Assembly (NCBI GenBank): GCA_021650915.1
Contig: CP091279.1
Location: 1,080,001-1,112,000, forward strand
DNA from: Candidatus Brocadia sp.
GTDB lineage: Bacteria > Planctomycetota > Brocadiia > Brocadiales > Brocadiaceae
Length of the DNA: 32,000 nt
Reading direction: 5' to 3'
A program made the translations under genes and the position numbers. Below the pieces are notes generated by a model that did not search any database, was not told where the DNA came from, and was given only the letters and a program-made list of their open reading frames with translations. Of this stretch, positions 30,717-32,000 are shown one piece after another (the first letter of the stretch is position 1; every line of letters starts with the position of its first letter).

Positions 30717-32000
30717 GTGGAGACCTGAGAAAAGTCCTCCAATGTATAGTTGTCACGCATCAAAGCCGTTGTAGTAATAGGCAAGCCGAATTTTGGTAAC
30801 GTTCAGCGCCCCGGCAACACTCCATTTGCTCACATTCACCCGCAGGTTAACCGTACGCATGACGCGCTCTACTTTACTTGTCGTTCTGCCATTGAGCCTC
30901 TTTTCTATCGCCGTAAACATATCAGGCCTGGCATTCTCAAGATAGGATGCGGTATGAGTATATCCCTTCGACAAACAATGCTGAATCACCGCATCCAATC
31001 GTTTCCTCTTGGACTCTATCATTTTCTCGATGGTCTTCTGACAATCAACCAATGGCCGTATCGCACAGACCTCCATAAGCTCCGACATCACCTCCAGCCA
31101 TTCTTTCCCCCTTGCTCTTGACCCCATCTTGCCACAATACATACTTTGCCTGATACGGAATATGCCACAAACATCTCTGTACAAGCACCTTGATCTTACC
31201 TTTCAAACTATCCAAAATAGAGGTGTCTCCATCGGTTATCAAAAGAAACTGGGAAAACTTCCTGAACACCTTAACACTCTTACCAAAAAGCTTATCCCAA
31301 CTACCGTTGTAATCCCCTATGTCAAGCCCTGCCACTCTCACCCCTCCACCGCTCTTGTATTGCACAAAGACCTTGAGTTCCTTGCCTCGTTTGGCTATCC
31401 CCTTAATCCCTACCCCTGTCCCGTCTGCTTCTCCCAGGGGAAGTCCCTTCTCGTCGAGTTGAAAATCTATCTCTGCTGCCGTCTTTTGTACCGATTTCCC
31501 TATCGTCATCTTGTCTACTGTCCAGCCAAACATCGACACGATCTTCTTCGCTACCCGGTAGGTCGTTAACGATCCTACCAGCCCAAGCTTCCGATACGTC
31601 TCCGGTGGTATTCGCTTCATCCGCTCCATCCCCAGAAGCTTTCGCGTTATATACATCTTATGACCGCACCTCTTGCACTGCACCTGCAACTGCTCTAATC
31701 TCAACCACTGAAAGACCGTCAGTATCTTCGTCTCTTTTCCATGCCTCGTCTTCCAGATAAACTCCTTGTCATTCCCACATTCGTCGCAGCAAAATGGCTT
31801 CCGTGATTGCGCCATCGCACTCTCACCAAAACCAACCACGATCTTCTGAATAAAATCCCTTAATATCTCCGGCAGTATCTTGCAAAATGCCTTGAGAATC
31901 GACTCCAGGCTGCCGTCCTTTAATTCAACCCGAATTTGACAACCAAATTCTATTGTGATACCATCTGTGCATGGGGTTGCTCCCATATAGCCCTCCTTCT
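30700..32000 (-). mobile_element. Insertion sequence, copy 2. It is inverted relative to copy 1 and runs off the window end.
   Basis: It is the reverse complement of 12850-14149 with only a few differences by eye (W>G, R>Q and A>T substitutions and one extra C/G at 31107-31111). Confidence 0.85.
30753..31986 (-). pseudogene. IS transposase gene, frameshifted copy
   Basis: It is split into 313-aa and 143-aa ORFs. Copy 2 has a run of five C at 31107-31111 (GGGGG on the coding strand) where copy 1 has GGGG at 13759-13762. Everything else is co-linear with the 410-aa transposase. Confidence 0.85.

Noticed and set aside
1-32000. Genome-wide reassignment of TGA to Trp (code 4-like) as the explanation for the in-frame TGAs in the PIN and HEPN genes
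   Set aside because: TGA ends several genes at positions consistent with full-length homologues and with coupled ATGA/TGA overlaps. Examples are the antitoxin at 6200-6202, the MNT gene at 20845-20847, the PLD gene at 26855-26857, RT1 and the transposases.

Overview
This window is a mobile-element-rich accessory and defence region wrapped around a small housekeeping block.

(1) Positions 1-12424 hold a type I R-M locus. It contains the tail of an upstream gene, then hsdS, then two accessory genes: a PHP-phosphoesterase/SMC-like ABC-ATPase fusion and an AlbA_2(Schlafen-like)+HATPase_c_4 protein. These are followed by a tandem array of a ~220-bp hairpin repeat, a VapB/VapC-type TA pair whose PIN toxin carries an in-frame TGA, and hsdR. 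The hsdR reading frame stays open through solo in-frame 31-36-nt palindromic mini-elements and an in-frame DUF559 (Vsr-like fold) module. Near its 3' end it is split by a ~2.0-kb group II intron, and the conserved C-terminal ~70 codons resume at ~12215.

(2) Positions 12478-23431 hold another copy of the hairpin repeat and an intact IS (transposase 12864-14096). Next come a secreted thioredoxin-NHL protein, a ydbH-ynbE-ydbL envelope operon, and an MNT/HEPN TA pair whose HEPN has TGA at a conserved Trp position. The block ends with a remnant of a Y1-transposase-like gene and a second group II intron with a textbook domain V.

(3) Positions 23819-30254 on the minus strand hold a translationally coupled four-gene operon. 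In transcription order it encodes a 440-aa protein of unknown function, a 694-aa double-HKD PLD-family protein, a 954-aa SNF2-type SF2 helicase, and a 62-aa protein. This is my best candidate for an undescribed defence system.

Upstream of that operon sits an IS-truncated orphan HEPN gene and a second, inverted, frameshifted copy of the same IS that runs off the window end. I saw no rRNA, tRNA or CRISPR. All intron and IS boundaries are approximate. All family assignments come from motif reading by eye, not from searches.
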